A DNA stretch of 64,000 nt, from the NCBI GenBank assembly GCA_045652705.1, contig JAZRUV010000039.1, positions 2,895 through 66,894 of the forward strand, written 5' to 3'. Position 1 is the first letter of the stretch. Every line of letters begins with the position of its first letter. Shown here piece by piece: positions 1 through 9,208 of this stretch. The notes under the pieces are model-generated. The model saw only the letters and a list, made by a program, of their open reading frames with translations, was not told where the DNA came from and searched no databases. Source of the stretch: Clostridia bacterium (GTDB lineage Bacteria; Bacillota; Clostridia; TANB77; CAG-465). Position numbers and translations under genes: made by a program.

Positions 1-2
1 GA

Positions 3-587
3 AACATAGAAATAGATTTGCAAGTGTTGAATAATATGATAAATAAAAATTGTATTACAAGTATAAATAATACAGAAATATATTGTTTTCATTTGTCGGG
101 TAAAGATATGTGTGCAATGTCTAAAGAAATGAAAATATTTATACCAAAAATACAAGAATTAATACAGCCAAAAACACTAATATATTTTGACGAAGTGTGG
201 AAAACGATAGGACTTGGTCAGGATAGATATGTAATAGAAACTTTATACAATATGTTTAAAACTTTAAGAAAGAAAAAGGCGGGTATCATTGCTATAAGTC
301 AAGATGTAAGTGATTTGTTTAATTTGGACAGGGGTAATTTAGGAAAGAGCATATTAAATAACACTAATACTAAAGTAATGTTTAAAATGGAATGGCAAGA
401 TATAGAAATGTTTAAAAGAATGTTAAGAAACGATATAGCTATAAAAAACATATCAGCGTTAAATAGAGGAAATGCACATATTGATATGAATAATATACAC
501 TTTAATTTAGAAATAAAGGCAGCGCCTTTTGAACATAAATTAATAGAAGGAGAGGTTTATGAAGAAAATATTAATTGCAATGGATAA
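3..587 (+). CDS. C-terminal part of a VirB4/TraC/HerA-type (DUF87-like) secretion or conjugation ATPase; the gene starts upstream of the window
   Basis: The frame is open from nt 3. A Walker-B-like 'LIYFDEVWK' is followed by 'AGIIAISQDVSDLF' and 'NTNTKVMFKM', the C-terminal pattern of VirB4/TrsE-family ATPases. The 3' end overlaps the next gene. Confidence 0.45.
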   Translation, partial: NIEIDLQVLNNMINKNCITSINNTEIYCFHLSGKDMCAMSKEMKIFIPKIQELIQPKTLIYFDEVWKTIGLGQDRYVIETLYNMFKTLRKKKAGIIAISQDVSDLFNLDRGNLGKSILNNTNTKVMFKMEWQDIEMFKRMLRNDIAIKNISALNRGNAHIDMNNIHFNLEIKAAPFEHKLIEGEVYEENINCNG

Positions 588-1779
588 CATTGCGCTTTTA
601 GAAAAGATAAAAAGATGTGGGAAATATAATGTACACAATTATGATATGTCTACCAAAGAGGATGTTTTAGAATATCTTGAAAAATATAAAGTTGACATCT
701 TAATAACAAAAGATACATTGTCAGGAGATATGGGAAAAGAGGAATATGTTAATTGTATTAGAAATATATCACAAAGCACAAAAGTTATACTTTGTGTGGA
801 TAAGTTAGATGAAATATATAGAGGTTTTTTATTTTCAAAAAATATTTTTGATATTATAGAAGGTAACGAAGCAGGCTTTAGTGACATTTTTAATATGATA
901 GATTCCAAAGAAAAGATGATAATATTAAAAAATAACAATAAAATTGTTAAACAAAGTGTAAGCAAAAATAACTCGGTAAGTATTTTGACTAAACAAAAAA
1001 TATGTGTGTTTGGTACAAGTGGAGCGGGTAAGTCGTATATTGCAAGTATTCTCGCACAGATAACAAGTAGAAAATTAAAACTAAATACGCTTCTTGTAGA
1101 TATGGATGTGCAAAATGCAGCAATAGATATATACAATAATTTAAATAGCTCGGGTAATAGCTTGCAATTTGTAATGGAAGAAATAGATAGAGGCTCTTTT
1201 AATTCACAAATGCTAAATGAACTAGTAAGCAAAGAGAAGAAAAGGAATGGAAAACTTTCTTTTATAACTAACAATATGGGTATATATGAGTGTCAAAACA
1301 AATTATCTGAGGAATATTACTCTAAACTATATTCTGAGACGGAAAATGAATATGATGTACTTATATTGGATATGCCATCAGCTCCGTTTTTAGATGTTGT
1401 GCCATATTCACTTGCAAAAGCTGATAAGGTGTTTTTCGTAGTTAATCCAAATTTTATAAGCATGAGACAAGCAGTAAAATATTTAGACCTTATAACAAAT
1501 ATATGGAAAATACCCAAAGAAAAGGTTTGTGTAGTTATTAATAGAAGCAAAAAAGATTCACTTTCTTTAAAACAAATAGCAGCGATACTGGAAGGATATA
1601 ATATATGTTTAGAAGTAGCCGAAGACACAAGGCTAGAAGGAATAATAAACGGGTTAGGAGAATTAAACATGGTATCTGTGGACAAAGTGGATAATATAGC
1701 ACAAATTTTAGGGATAATGTCAAATAAAAACACTGAAAACGAAACCAATACACATCTAGGAGTTTCTTATGATAATTAA
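559..1779 (+). CDS. CpaE/TadZ-like protein: atypical receiver-like N-domain plus ParA/MinD-family ATPase
   Basis: SD GGAGAGG lies upstream of the ATG. The P-loop is 'FGTSGAGKSYIAS', and the receiver-like N-terminus reads 'KILIAMDN...VDILITKD'. The gene sits directly upstream of a CpaF-like ATPase. Confidence 0.6.
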   Translation: MKKILIAMDNIALLEKIKRCGKYNVHNYDMSTKEDVLEYLEKYKVDILITKDTLSGDMGKEEYVNCIRNISQSTKVILCVDKLDEIYRGFLFSKNIFDIIEGNEAGFSDIFNMIDSKEKMIILKNNNKIVKQSVSKNNSVSILTKQKICVFGTSGAGKSYIASILAQITSRKLKLNTLLVDMDVQNAAIDIYNNLNSSGNSLQFVMEEIDRGSFNSQMLNELVSKEKKRNGKLSFITNNMGIYECQNKLSEEYYSKLYSETENEYDVLILDMPSAPFLDVVPYSLAKADKVFFVVNPNFISMRQAVKYLDLITNIWKIPKEKVCVVINRSKKDSLSLKQIAAILEGYNICLEVAEDTRLEGIINGLGELNMVSVDKVDNIAQILGIMSNKNTENETNTHLGVSYDN

Positions 1780-2968
1780 TGCGTATAAAGTAGTGACTAA
1801 AACTCAAAAACAAGTGCCGCAAACAGATAAGCAGATAATAAAAGAGATAACGTTAAAACTAATAAAAGAGCAAGATGAAAAAATAAGTGAGAGAGGAAAA
1901 CAAGATATAAAAGAAAAAATAACAAGCTGCCTGTACAACGGTTATCGTTTAAATGATATAACTAGAATAAATAGTATAACAAGAGAAATAATAGACCAAA
2001 TATATGGTTATGGAATTTTACAAAAGTATATCGATAATGAAAATATAAGTGATATTAGGGTTGTAGCATATAATAAAATATATATAAAGCATAAAGGTAA
2101 GTGGAAAAAGGCAAGTGAAGCATTTGATTCTAAAGAGGCTTTTGAAGAGTATGTAAGGTTTTGCGCCCTAAAAAACAACGCAAGTATAAATTTGGAAACG
2201 CCAATAGTTGTATTCAGTGATAGAACAAATTGTTTAAGAATAGAAGCCGGCTTAGAACCTGCAAATGTAATAGGGCCAAGTCTTGTTATACGCATTCATA
2301 GAAAAAATAGTGGCACAAGCTTAGAAAAACTTTATGCAGAATACGGGCTATTAGATAAAGAAGCATATGCAATTTTAAAATTTAAAGTGGGAAGTATGAA
2401 AAATGTTATTTTATGTGGTAAAGGAGGGAGCGGTAAAACCACTTTGTTAAAAGCTCTTATTGAACGAATACCAAAGGAATATGCAATTACAACAAATGAA
2501 GAGACAGCAGAGTTGTATTTGTCTGATAGGAATGTTATACAAAGGGAATGTGTTTTGAATAGAGGACAAGATAAAAATGTAGATTTGGAAAAGCTTTCTC
2601 GTCACTCACTTGTTATGTCTAATGACATTATTATAATTGGTGAACTTAAAGGCGCTGAGGCAAATTCGTTTTTTGATGCGATTTCTACTGGACATACTGG
2701 TCTCGCTACAGTTCATGCAGATAGTGTAAATAATACCATAGATAGATTGATAACATTAATAAAAAAAGATGTTAAAGCACAACATTATACAGAACAGTTT
2801 TTAAGAAGATTTTTAGCTAGCAGTATTAATTATATTATTTTTATGCAAAATTTTAAAGTTAATGAAATAGCGGAAGTAATATTAAATAAAGACACTGATG
2901 GTATTCAGTACAAAAGCTTGTATAAATTAAAGGAGAAAAATAATGTTAATAATAACTATTACAATTAG
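1769..2968 (+). CDS. CpaF/TadA/VirB11-family secretion ATPase
   Basis: Walker A is 'GKGGSGKTTLLKAL', Walker B/Asp box is 'IIIIGELKGAEA', and the His box is 'TGHTGLATVHA'. The start overlaps the previous gene. Confidence 0.8.
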   Translation: MIINAYKVVTKTQKQVPQTDKQIIKEITLKLIKEQDEKISERGKQDIKEKITSCLYNGYRLNDITRINSITREIIDQIYGYGILQKYIDNENISDIRVVAYNKIYIKHKGKWKKASEAFDSKEAFEEYVRFCALKNNASINLETPIVVFSDRTNCLRIEAGLEPANVIGPSLVIRIHRKNSGTSLEKLYAEYGLLDKEAYAILKFKVGSMKNVILCGKGGSGKTTLLKALIERIPKEYAITTNEETAELYLSDRNVIQRECVLNRGQDKNVDLEKLSRHSLVMSNDIIIIGELKGAEANSFFDAISTGHTGLATVHADSVNNTIDRLITLIKKDVKAQHYTEQFLRRFLASSINYIIFMQNFKVNEIAEVILNKDTDGIQYKSLYKLKEKNNVNNNYYN

Positions 2969-3815
2969 TGTGCTAGTGCTTGGCTTTATAATCTATAGAG
3001 TTATTCCAAATATTGAAACAAGAAAATGGAAAACTAAAATTATACAAACTAAACCTTATATAAAATTATCTGAATACATTAGTGTGTCTTTAAAGAAAAA
3101 ACTTATTCTGATGAAATGCAACAGTTTAACTCCTATTCTTTTAGTAATAATAATGCTTGCCCTTTTTGCAATATTTTTTATAATATTTTATTCATATGTT
3201 AAAGTTGTAACAACATCATTAATTTTATCTTTACCGTTTTTATTCTCACCCATCATAGCATTTAAAATCCTATTAAATCATGAAAAATCTAGAATTATTA
3301 AGATATTGCCAATGTATGTTGTAAATATTAAAAACCACATAGATAGGGATAATAACATTATTGGAGCGATTAAAAGAACAACAGTAGAGGAACCACTAAA
3401 AAAATATATAGATAGCTTCAGAAACAACATATCAAGAGGAATGAATGTAATAGAGGCATTTAACATATTAAGGCAAGATGTGAATATAAAAGTTTTTGAT
3501 GGGTTTGTTAATGCGTGTCAGGTTTGTTATCTGAATGGAGGTGATTTTAACGAGGTATTAGAAAGGTACATAAACATAATAACAAAAGAAAATATACATA
3601 AAGAGACTACAAGAGAAAAAGCATATGCAGACATTATAACATTGCTAATAATGGTGATATTAAATGTCTTGGTGGCAGTAATGTTTGTGTTTACAAATAA
3701 AGAATATGCAAGTATTATGCGAGAAACAGTTTTTGGTAAACTAGTATTAAATTTTAATGCGCTCTCTTATATTTTAATAGCATATTTAATTTCAAGGATA
3801 TATAAGGAGGAATAA
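2943..3815 (+). CDS. Polytopic membrane protein, TadB/TadC (T2SS-F)-like platform protein
   Basis: It has an N-terminal TM, two central TMs and C-terminal TMs. It overlaps the CpaF-like gene by 26 nt. The call rests on architecture and position, not on a strong motif. Confidence 0.45.
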   Translation: MLIITITISVLVLGFIIYRVIPNIETRKWKTKIIQTKPYIKLSEYISVSLKKKLILMKCNSLTPILLVIIMLALFAIFFIIFYSYVKVVTTSLILSLPFLFSPIIAFKILLNHEKSRIIKILPMYVVNIKNHIDRDNNIIGAIKRTTVEEPLKKYIDSFRNNISRGMNVIEAFNILRQDVNIKVFDGFVNACQVCYLNGGDFNEVLERYINIITKENIHKETTREKAYADIITLLIMVILNVLVAVMFVFTNKEYASIMRETVFGKLVLNFNALSYILIAYLISRIYKEE

Positions 3816-3817
3816 AT

Positions 3818-4558
3818 ATGGATTTATCTAATGAAATAAATGAAATTATTCAAAATACAAAGGAATTAGCAATAGACCTTACCAAAGATAGCAAGTTGGA
3901 ATCTTTAAAACAAGATTTGACAAATGCTGTTGAAAAAACAGTAGACCATGCGGCAAAGTATGTTATAAAAGCAATGCCTGTCCCTGATGCAGTAAAGGAC
4001 ATACTAATAGATATAAAGGATGCAATAAAGACAAAAGATGTTAAAGAGGTAATATCCACTGCTGTAAAAAGCACAGTAAGAGAAGGACTTGAAATGTTAG
4101 GTTTATCCAAGAAAAGTATTAACTCTTTAAGCGAATTAAAAGATATAGCAAAGAAAGGTGGTCTTGTAACAGCTATAAAAAATGGAATAGAAGTGGTTGA
4201 GTCAAACTATTTGAAAAACAACATTGTAGGTGACTATGTATACAAGTTTTTTGATAAATTAAAAAACTATATTATGAATAATGAGTTCATGAAATATTTG
4301 AATAATCTTATAGATAAATTAGAGCAAAAGAAAAATGAGTTTTTGAGCAAATGTGAAGAGTGGTATAATGCATATAAAAATAAAGATTTAGACAAAGTAA
4401 ATGAACTATCTCAAAAATTAAACGCGAACGAATATGTTTTATCTAGATATAGTGACTGTGTTAAGGAAAATAATGTTATACAAAATATTACCGCAATGGT
4501 TAATAGTAAGAAGGATGTTTTAACAGTAAATCAACGAAGATTGTGTGAAGTTATTTAG
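3818..4558 (+). CDS. Hypothetical Lys/Glu-rich helical (coiled-coil-like) protein; last gene of the secretion-type operon
   Basis: A strong SD AAGGAGG precedes the ATG. The gene starts 2 nt after the previous stop. No motif was recognised. Confidence 0.5.
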   Translation: MDLSNEINEIIQNTKELAIDLTKDSKLESLKQDLTNAVEKTVDHAAKYVIKAMPVPDAVKDILIDIKDAIKTKDVKEVISTAVKSTVREGLEMLGLSKKSINSLSELKDIAKKGGLVTAIKNGIEVVESNYLKNNIVGDYVYKFFDKLKNYIMNNEFMKYLNNLIDKLEQKKNEFLSKCEEWYNAYKNKDLDKVNELSQKLNANEYVLSRYSDCVKENNVIQNITAMVNSKKDVLTVNQRRLCEVI

Positions 4559-4564
4559 TTTTTA

Positions 4565-4593
4565 TTGCAACTTCAAGGAGCGTATAGTATAAT
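4565..4593 (+). promoter_or_regulatory. Sigma-A type promoter (TTGCAA - 17 nt - TATAAT)
   Basis: The -35 is at 4565-4570 and the -10 at 4588-4593, about 20 nt upstream of the ATG at 4612. Confidence 0.45.
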
Positions 4594-4611
4594 TACGTTG
4601 GAGGGGAGTAT

Positions 4612-4851
4612 ATGGCAAGCAGAAAGTCAAGAAGAGGCAACACAACCAAGACTATTAATATGAAACCGGGAGCTAAAAAACAACTTGTTGTAATGCTAAT
4701 ATTTATAGTGTTAATGATATTTACAGTAACACAAGTATATTATCTGGCTAAGTACACTTTGGGTTATGAAGTTCCTGCTGAAAAATTAAAGGTATATAGA
4801 TGGGTAAGTATGCTTTTGCAAGATAGTGAGCCTGTCGCTCCTGAAGAATAG
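4612..4851 (+). CDS. Small single-pass membrane protein, unknown function
   Basis: SD GGAGGGGAG is present. A basic N-terminus is followed by one hydrophobic helix 'LVVMLIFIVLMIFTV'. Confidence 0.5.
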   Translation: MASRKSRRGNTTKTINMKPGAKKQLVVMLIFIVLMIFTVTQVYYLAKYTLGYEVPAEKLKVYRWVSMLLQDSEPVAPEE

Positions 4852-4866
4852 GAAAGAGGGATTATT

Positions 4867-5205
4867 ATGAATTTTTATGATAAAATACATGCTTTAGTGA
4901 GAGATTTGAAAGATACGCCAGAATATACAAACTATATGGCATTGAAAGAAAGAGTAAAAGCTGATAGTGAGCTAAGTGAAAAGATTAAAAAATTTAGACT
5001 ACGTCAAAGAGAAGAACAAATGAAACATATTAGCGGAACCGCTATGGATGAAACAGTAAAAAATGAATTGCAACAAGAATATTCTTTAATTATTCAAAAT
5101 CCACTTGCTGTAGAGTTTTTTCAAGCTGAGATAAAATTAGATGTTTTGCTTGCAGATATGCAAAAAATACTAGGTGAAGGACTTCAGGATGTAATAGAGT
5201 TTTAA
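4867..5205 (+). CDS. YlbF/YmcA-family (UPF0342-like) regulatory protein
   Basis: 'FYDKIHALVRDLKDTPEYTNYMALKERVKAD...' and 'IIQNPLAVEFFQAEIKLDVLLADMQKIL' match the YlbF/YheA family pattern. Confidence 0.6.
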   Translation: MNFYDKIHALVRDLKDTPEYTNYMALKERVKADSELSEKIKKFRLRQREEQMKHISGTAMDETVKNELQQEYSLIIQNPLAVEFFQAEIKLDVLLADMQKILGEGLQDVIEF

Positions 5206-5206
5206 T

Positions 5207-5776
5207 ATGGAAGAATTGGCGAAAGAAATTTTAAAGTATTTAGGAAATTTACATACGAAAGTAGAAAAAAAGCAAGGGTTTATGGGGAACTACTATAGTC
5301 CTCTTATAGATACAATATACATTGCTGAGGATTTGAAAAACGTAAAGGTACAAAATGGCTCAGAAAATATAAATAAAAAAGCAGCGGAGCTTATTATGAT
5401 GTGTCATGAATGCGCACATTCTGTACAAAGTAAAGGCCTGCACTTATTAAATACGTTGTTTGCTAATCTTTCTATGATATTGTCTGTCATATGTATTTTG
5501 ATCGCGCTTTTGGGGACAAGTAAGCTGTGGCTTATAATGGTGACAAGCGCCGCTTTAATAGCAAGTATTACGATTAGACTAATATTAGAAGTTGGAGCTA
5601 TAAATGGTTCTGCTAAGTTGGCTAAAGAAGTAGTGGATAACGAATTTGTACAGGGGGTATCTCACGAAGGGGTGCAAGAAGGTATAGAATATATAAAAAA
5701 GCATAAATTATTTGCTTTGGTTCAAATGATTTTAGATAAAATAGTGTTTCTAATCTTAGTACTAATTACAATATAA
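5207..5776 (+). CDS. Membrane protein with an HExxH motif (putative zinc metallopeptidase)
   Basis: It has an 'HECAH' motif followed by three or more hydrophobic helices. It starts 1 nt after the previous stop. Confidence 0.4.
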   Translation: MEELAKEILKYLGNLHTKVEKKQGFMGNYYSPLIDTIYIAEDLKNVKVQNGSENINKKAAELIMMCHECAHSVQSKGLHLLNTLFANLSMILSVICILIALLGTSKLWLIMVTSAALIASITIRLILEVGAINGSAKLAKEVVDNEFVQGVSHEGVQEGIEYIKKHKLFALVQMILDKIVFLILVLITI

Positions 5777-5857
5777 ATGGAAAATAAATATCACCTTAAT
5801 TTAACTTTAGGGTGATATTGTTGGTATTATATAACATATACATATATTGGTGATTAT

Positions 5858-6568
5858 ATGAAAGTGTTTATGATTACAAAGAAAAAAATAATGTTGTTTG
5901 TTTGTTTTAGTGCGTGTTTGTGTGGTATGGTATTTATAGTTGCTAATGGTACGGTTCAAACAAGTACTACTCCAGCTACAAATAAGACGATAATATTAGA
6001 CGCGGGTCATGGAGTGCCGGATTATGGAACAGAAAGTGTAAACGGAACAACTGAACAAGAACTAAATCTAGCAATAACTTTAAAATTACAACAATTACTT
6101 GAACAAAGTGGAACAAAGGTAATACTTACTCGTTCTGATGACAACGGAATATATGAAGTAGACAAGGACTCTATACGTTCAAAAAAGATAAGCGACATGA
6201 AAAACAGAGTATATATTGGAAACAACTCGGATGCAGACATATATGTGTCAATTCATATGAATTATTATGCAGATTCGCAGTATAGTGGATGGCAAACTTT
6301 TTACCAGTCAAGGTGTGAAGATAGTAGAAAATTAGCAACAATAATACAGCAGTCACTTAGTGAAAATATAGGACAGAACAAGAGGAACCCTATGGCTATA
6401 AAAGGTGCGTATATAATGGATAAGGTAAATATTCCAGCTACTATTGTAGAATGCGGTTTTTTATCTAATAAAAACGATGAAGAAAAGCTAAAAACAGATG
6501 AATATCAATCGAAGCTGGCGTGGGGAATTTATATAGGGATACAAAAATATTTCAATAATATTAAATGA
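5858..6568 (+). CDS. cwlD: Germination-specific N-acetylmuramoyl-L-alanine amidase CwlD
   Basis: An N-terminal TM is followed by 'IILDAGHG', 'IYVSIHMN' and 'IVECGFLSN' (Amidase_3 zinc ligands). The overall layout resembles B. subtilis CwlD. Confidence 0.75.
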   Translation: MKVFMITKKKIMLFVCFSACLCGMVFIVANGTVQTSTTPATNKTIILDAGHGVPDYGTESVNGTTEQELNLAITLKLQQLLEQSGTKVILTRSDDNGIYEVDKDSIRSKKISDMKNRVYIGNNSDADIYVSIHMNYYADSQYSGWQTFYQSRCEDSRKLATIIQQSLSENIGQNKRNPMAIKGAYIMDKVNIPATIVECGFLSNKNDEEKLKTDEYQSKLAWGIYIGIQKYFNNIK

Positions 6569-6686
6569 ATGGTATATTGAACAACTCATTTAATAACAAA
6601 ATTACAAATGTTTTATTTTTTCTATAAAACATATTGTGATTTTTCTTTTTTTAGTATACACTTGAAAGTGTAAAATGGGGGGACAA

Positions 6687-7907
6687 ATGAAAACAGGTAA
6701 AAAAGATGCAGTAAGTTTAATAGTATTAGTAATAACAATTATTATTATGATAATATTGGCGGGGCAAATAATACTTTCTTTAAATAATGTAAGTATAATA
6801 GACAAAGCTAATGAGGCAACGCTTAAATCGGATTTGCAACATATAAGACAAGCTATTGTAATGGAGAAATTAGAAAGTAGCGCAGATGAAAGAACGCCAA
6901 ATTATAATAGTATAATACCTGAGAAATATAAAGAAAAAATTATAGTGTTGGCTGACGAACGTATGTTATATATATGTAAGCCAAACACGGAAGAGGGAAG
7001 GATTGCACGTGAGGCTGGCTTTATAGTAATTGAAAAAACAGTACTGCCTATAATGAATACAGTTGAAAAAATACAAGCGGTGGCTGAAGAATATGTTGCT
7101 TCTGGAAACTCTACATCAGACGCAAGTTTGTTGGTCGTTCAGTATATAAGAAATTTGAGTTATAGTGGAACAACTTGGACTACTGTGGCGGGCGCGGTTG
7201 ATGCAAATTTTGTACAACATGTTAATAGAAGGTTGGGAATGACAAGCGCGCAAGTAAAACAAGAAATAAAGGAATTAAATGATCCAATAACAGGAGAAAA
7301 GATAGACTTTATTCATGCAATAGCGTCGCTAAATGGCTATATGTACAATACACAAAGTTCCCAAACTAAGAAGATTTTAGCGGAATATTCTGCTTGGGCA
7401 GGAGATTTGTGTACACTGATGGAACAAGTGGTTAATTATGCTTCGTCAAAATCATATAGCTCGCCATATACAGAGCAAGCTAAAAAAGATATAGAAAATT
7501 ATATAGATAGTATGTTGGGGACTAAAAATGAAAGTTCTACATTTGGAATGGCAGATATGTTGGCGGATGCGGATGCTGTTGCAATGTATAATATGATTTT
7601 AGAAGGAAAAACAATAAGCGAAACAATATATGATTACTATTGCGGAGACTATAATTGCAAAAATAGATATAACATATTTGCGGACTATCTATTAGATTTA
7701 TCTACAAATGCACTAGCGGTAAATACTGTTACAAAAGTGACAGAGCCTAAAGAAAAAGTAGCATATTTGTTTATGGGAAAAACAAATGTATTGTATACGG
7801 GTTACGCAGCAGCTATAACGAGTGTAGGAACAGTTACTTCACTTCCTGAGGAATTGTGTGGCATTATTGCCAATAAGTTTTCTCAATATATAGAAAATAA
7901 TATATAA
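6687..7907 (+). CDS. Hypothetical protein with a pilin-like N-terminal hydrophobic helix
   Basis: 'KKDAVSLIVLVITIIIMIILAGQIILSL..IIDKANEATLKSDL' resembles a type IV pilin or pseudopilin N-terminus but lacks the canonical G-F-T-L-x-E. An alternative upstream ATG lies at 6675. Confidence 0.5.
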   Translation: MKTGKKDAVSLIVLVITIIIMIILAGQIILSLNNVSIIDKANEATLKSDLQHIRQAIVMEKLESSADERTPNYNSIIPEKYKEKIIVLADERMLYICKPNTEEGRIAREAGFIVIEKTVLPIMNTVEKIQAVAEEYVASGNSTSDASLLVVQYIRNLSYSGTTWTTVAGAVDANFVQHVNRRLGMTSAQVKQEIKELNDPITGEKIDFIHAIASLNGYMYNTQSSQTKKILAEYSAWAGDLCTLMEQVVNYASSKSYSSPYTEQAKKDIENYIDSMLGTKNESSTFGMADMLADADAVAMYNMILEGKTISETIYDYYCGDYNCKNRYNIFADYLLDLSTNALAVNTVTKVTEPKEKVAYLFMGKTNVLYTGYAAAITSVGTVTSLPEELCGIIANKFSQYIENNI

Positions 7908-8027
7908 ATATTTGGTGGGGCGTTTCAGCCTCGCTAAATATTTATATGTTCAAATAAAAAGCAAGTAGACTGTGGATACAGATATATATTAAATGTGATT
8001 TTGAAATAAAAAGATTGGAGAAGAATA

Positions 8028-8501
8028 ATGCAAGTGCAGGAAAGATTTATGAAAGAAGCAATAAAGGAAGCTATAAAAGCAAAGAAAATAGATGAAGTGC
8101 CTATAGGAGCTGTTATTGTAAAAGAAGATAAAATTATATCTAGAGGACACAATTTGCGTGAAAGTAGACAGAACAGTTTAAAACATGCTGAAATAATTGC
8201 TATAGATAGGGCGTGCAAAAAACTAAATAACTTTAGGTTAGAGGATTGTGATTTGTATGTAACAGTTGAGCCGTGTTTAATGTGTTCGGGAGCCATAGTT
8301 CAATCGAGGATTAGAAAAGTGTATTTCGGTGCTTGCGATGAGAAGTATGGAGCTGTAACTAGCGTGGCTAATGCTTTTGATATTAAGTCCAACCACAAGG
8401 TAGAATTTGAGCAAGGAATTTGCAAAGATGAGTGTGAAGGGTTAATGAAAGACTTTTTTAAGGAGCTTAGAAAAAGGAAAAAAGAGTGTAAGAATAATTG
8501 A
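8028..8501 (+). CDS. tadA: tRNA-specific adenosine deaminase
   Basis: The CDA zinc motifs 'HAE' and 'PCLMCSGA' are present, and the size and sequence are typical of TadA. Confidence 0.9.
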   Translation: MQVQERFMKEAIKEAIKAKKIDEVPIGAVIVKEDKIISRGHNLRESRQNSLKHAEIIAIDRACKKLNNFRLEDCDLYVTVEPCLMCSGAIVQSRIRKVYFGACDEKYGAVTSVANAFDIKSNHKVEFEQGICKDECEGLMKDFFKELRKRKKECKNN

Positions 8502-8515
8502 TTTAAATAACAATA

Positions 8516-8545
8516 AAACCATTCTTTTACAGAATGGTTTTGTTT
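8516..8545. terminator. Hairpin plus T-tract between tadA and the tRNA remnant (can act on both strands)
   Basis: AAACCATTCT / AGAATGGTTT stem followed by TGTTT. Confidence 0.55.
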
Positions 8546-8591
8546 GGTGCACCAAAAGGGACTCGAACCCCCAACCTTCAGATTCGTAGTC
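8545..8591 (-). pseudogene. 3' half of a disrupted tRNA-Arg(ACG): anticodon loop to CCA; island attL side
   Basis: The reverse complement is GACTACGAATCTGAAGGTTGGGGGTTCGAGTCCCTTTTGGTGCACCA. Its acceptor and anticodon-stem strands pair perfectly with the 5' half at 21144-21182. Confidence 0.85.
8583..8591. repeat. att core copy (left), TTCGTAGTC
   Basis: It is identical to 21144-21152 and corresponds to the anticodon loop region of the split tRNA. Confidence 0.8.
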
Positions 8592-8844
8592 GTACACCAA
8601 GCGTCAAAATAAGTATATCATTAAGCACTAGAAAAATCAAGCAAAAACGATACAAGCATTGAAAATACTGCGAAAAATCTTATTACCTTTGATAAAACAA
8701 AAATTTATTTTAATTTAAAAAAATATAAAAAAGTTTAAATTAGTTTAAGAAAAATTACAAAAATTGGGGTAAAATTGGGGTATAGTATAAGCAAATAAAT
8801 TTTATTCCCCAATTTTGGGAAAGGTAAATCAAAGGTAAAAATAT

Positions 8845-9198
8845 ATGGAAAAAATAAAACCAAGTTACTATGCAATAATACCTGCAAAGGTAAGGTATGA
8901 TGAAAATCTAAATAATGGACAAAAATTGTTATATGGTGAAATAACAGCACTAACAAATAAGAAAGGATATTGTTTTGCAGGAAACAAATATTTCGCAAGA
9001 TTATATAATTGTGATCCAAACACAATATCTAGATGGATAAGCACCCTTGTTAAGGAGGGATATCTAGAAGTAAAGATAGTAAAAAATAGTGAAGATTCAA
9101 AAAGAAAGATATACATATTAGATAATAGCAGACCAACTCGTAAGAAAAATATAGACGATGAACTAGACTATAATGATTATATAGATGTTGGATATTAA
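8845..9198 (+). CDS. Helix-turn-helix protein typical of Firmicutes mobile elements (replication-initiator / DnaD-N-terminal-like HTH)
   Basis: 'YYAIIPAKVRYDENL..GQKLLYGEITALTNKKGYCFAGNKYFARLYNCDPNTISRWISTLVKEGYL' is a winged-HTH pattern common at the N-terminus of element replication proteins. Confidence 0.55.
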   Translation: MEKIKPSYYAIIPAKVRYDENLNNGQKLLYGEITALTNKKGYCFAGNKYFARLYNCDPNTISRWISTLVKEGYLEVKIVKNSEDSKRKIYILDNSRPTRKKNIDDELDYNDYIDVGY

Positions 9199-9208
9199 TA
9201 TATGACTT

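Noticed and set aside
8735-9116. Minus-strand ORFs 8735-9025 and 8868-9116
   Set aside because: They overlap the well-supported plus-strand HTH gene and AT-rich intergenic DNA. They have no SD and a low-complexity composition.
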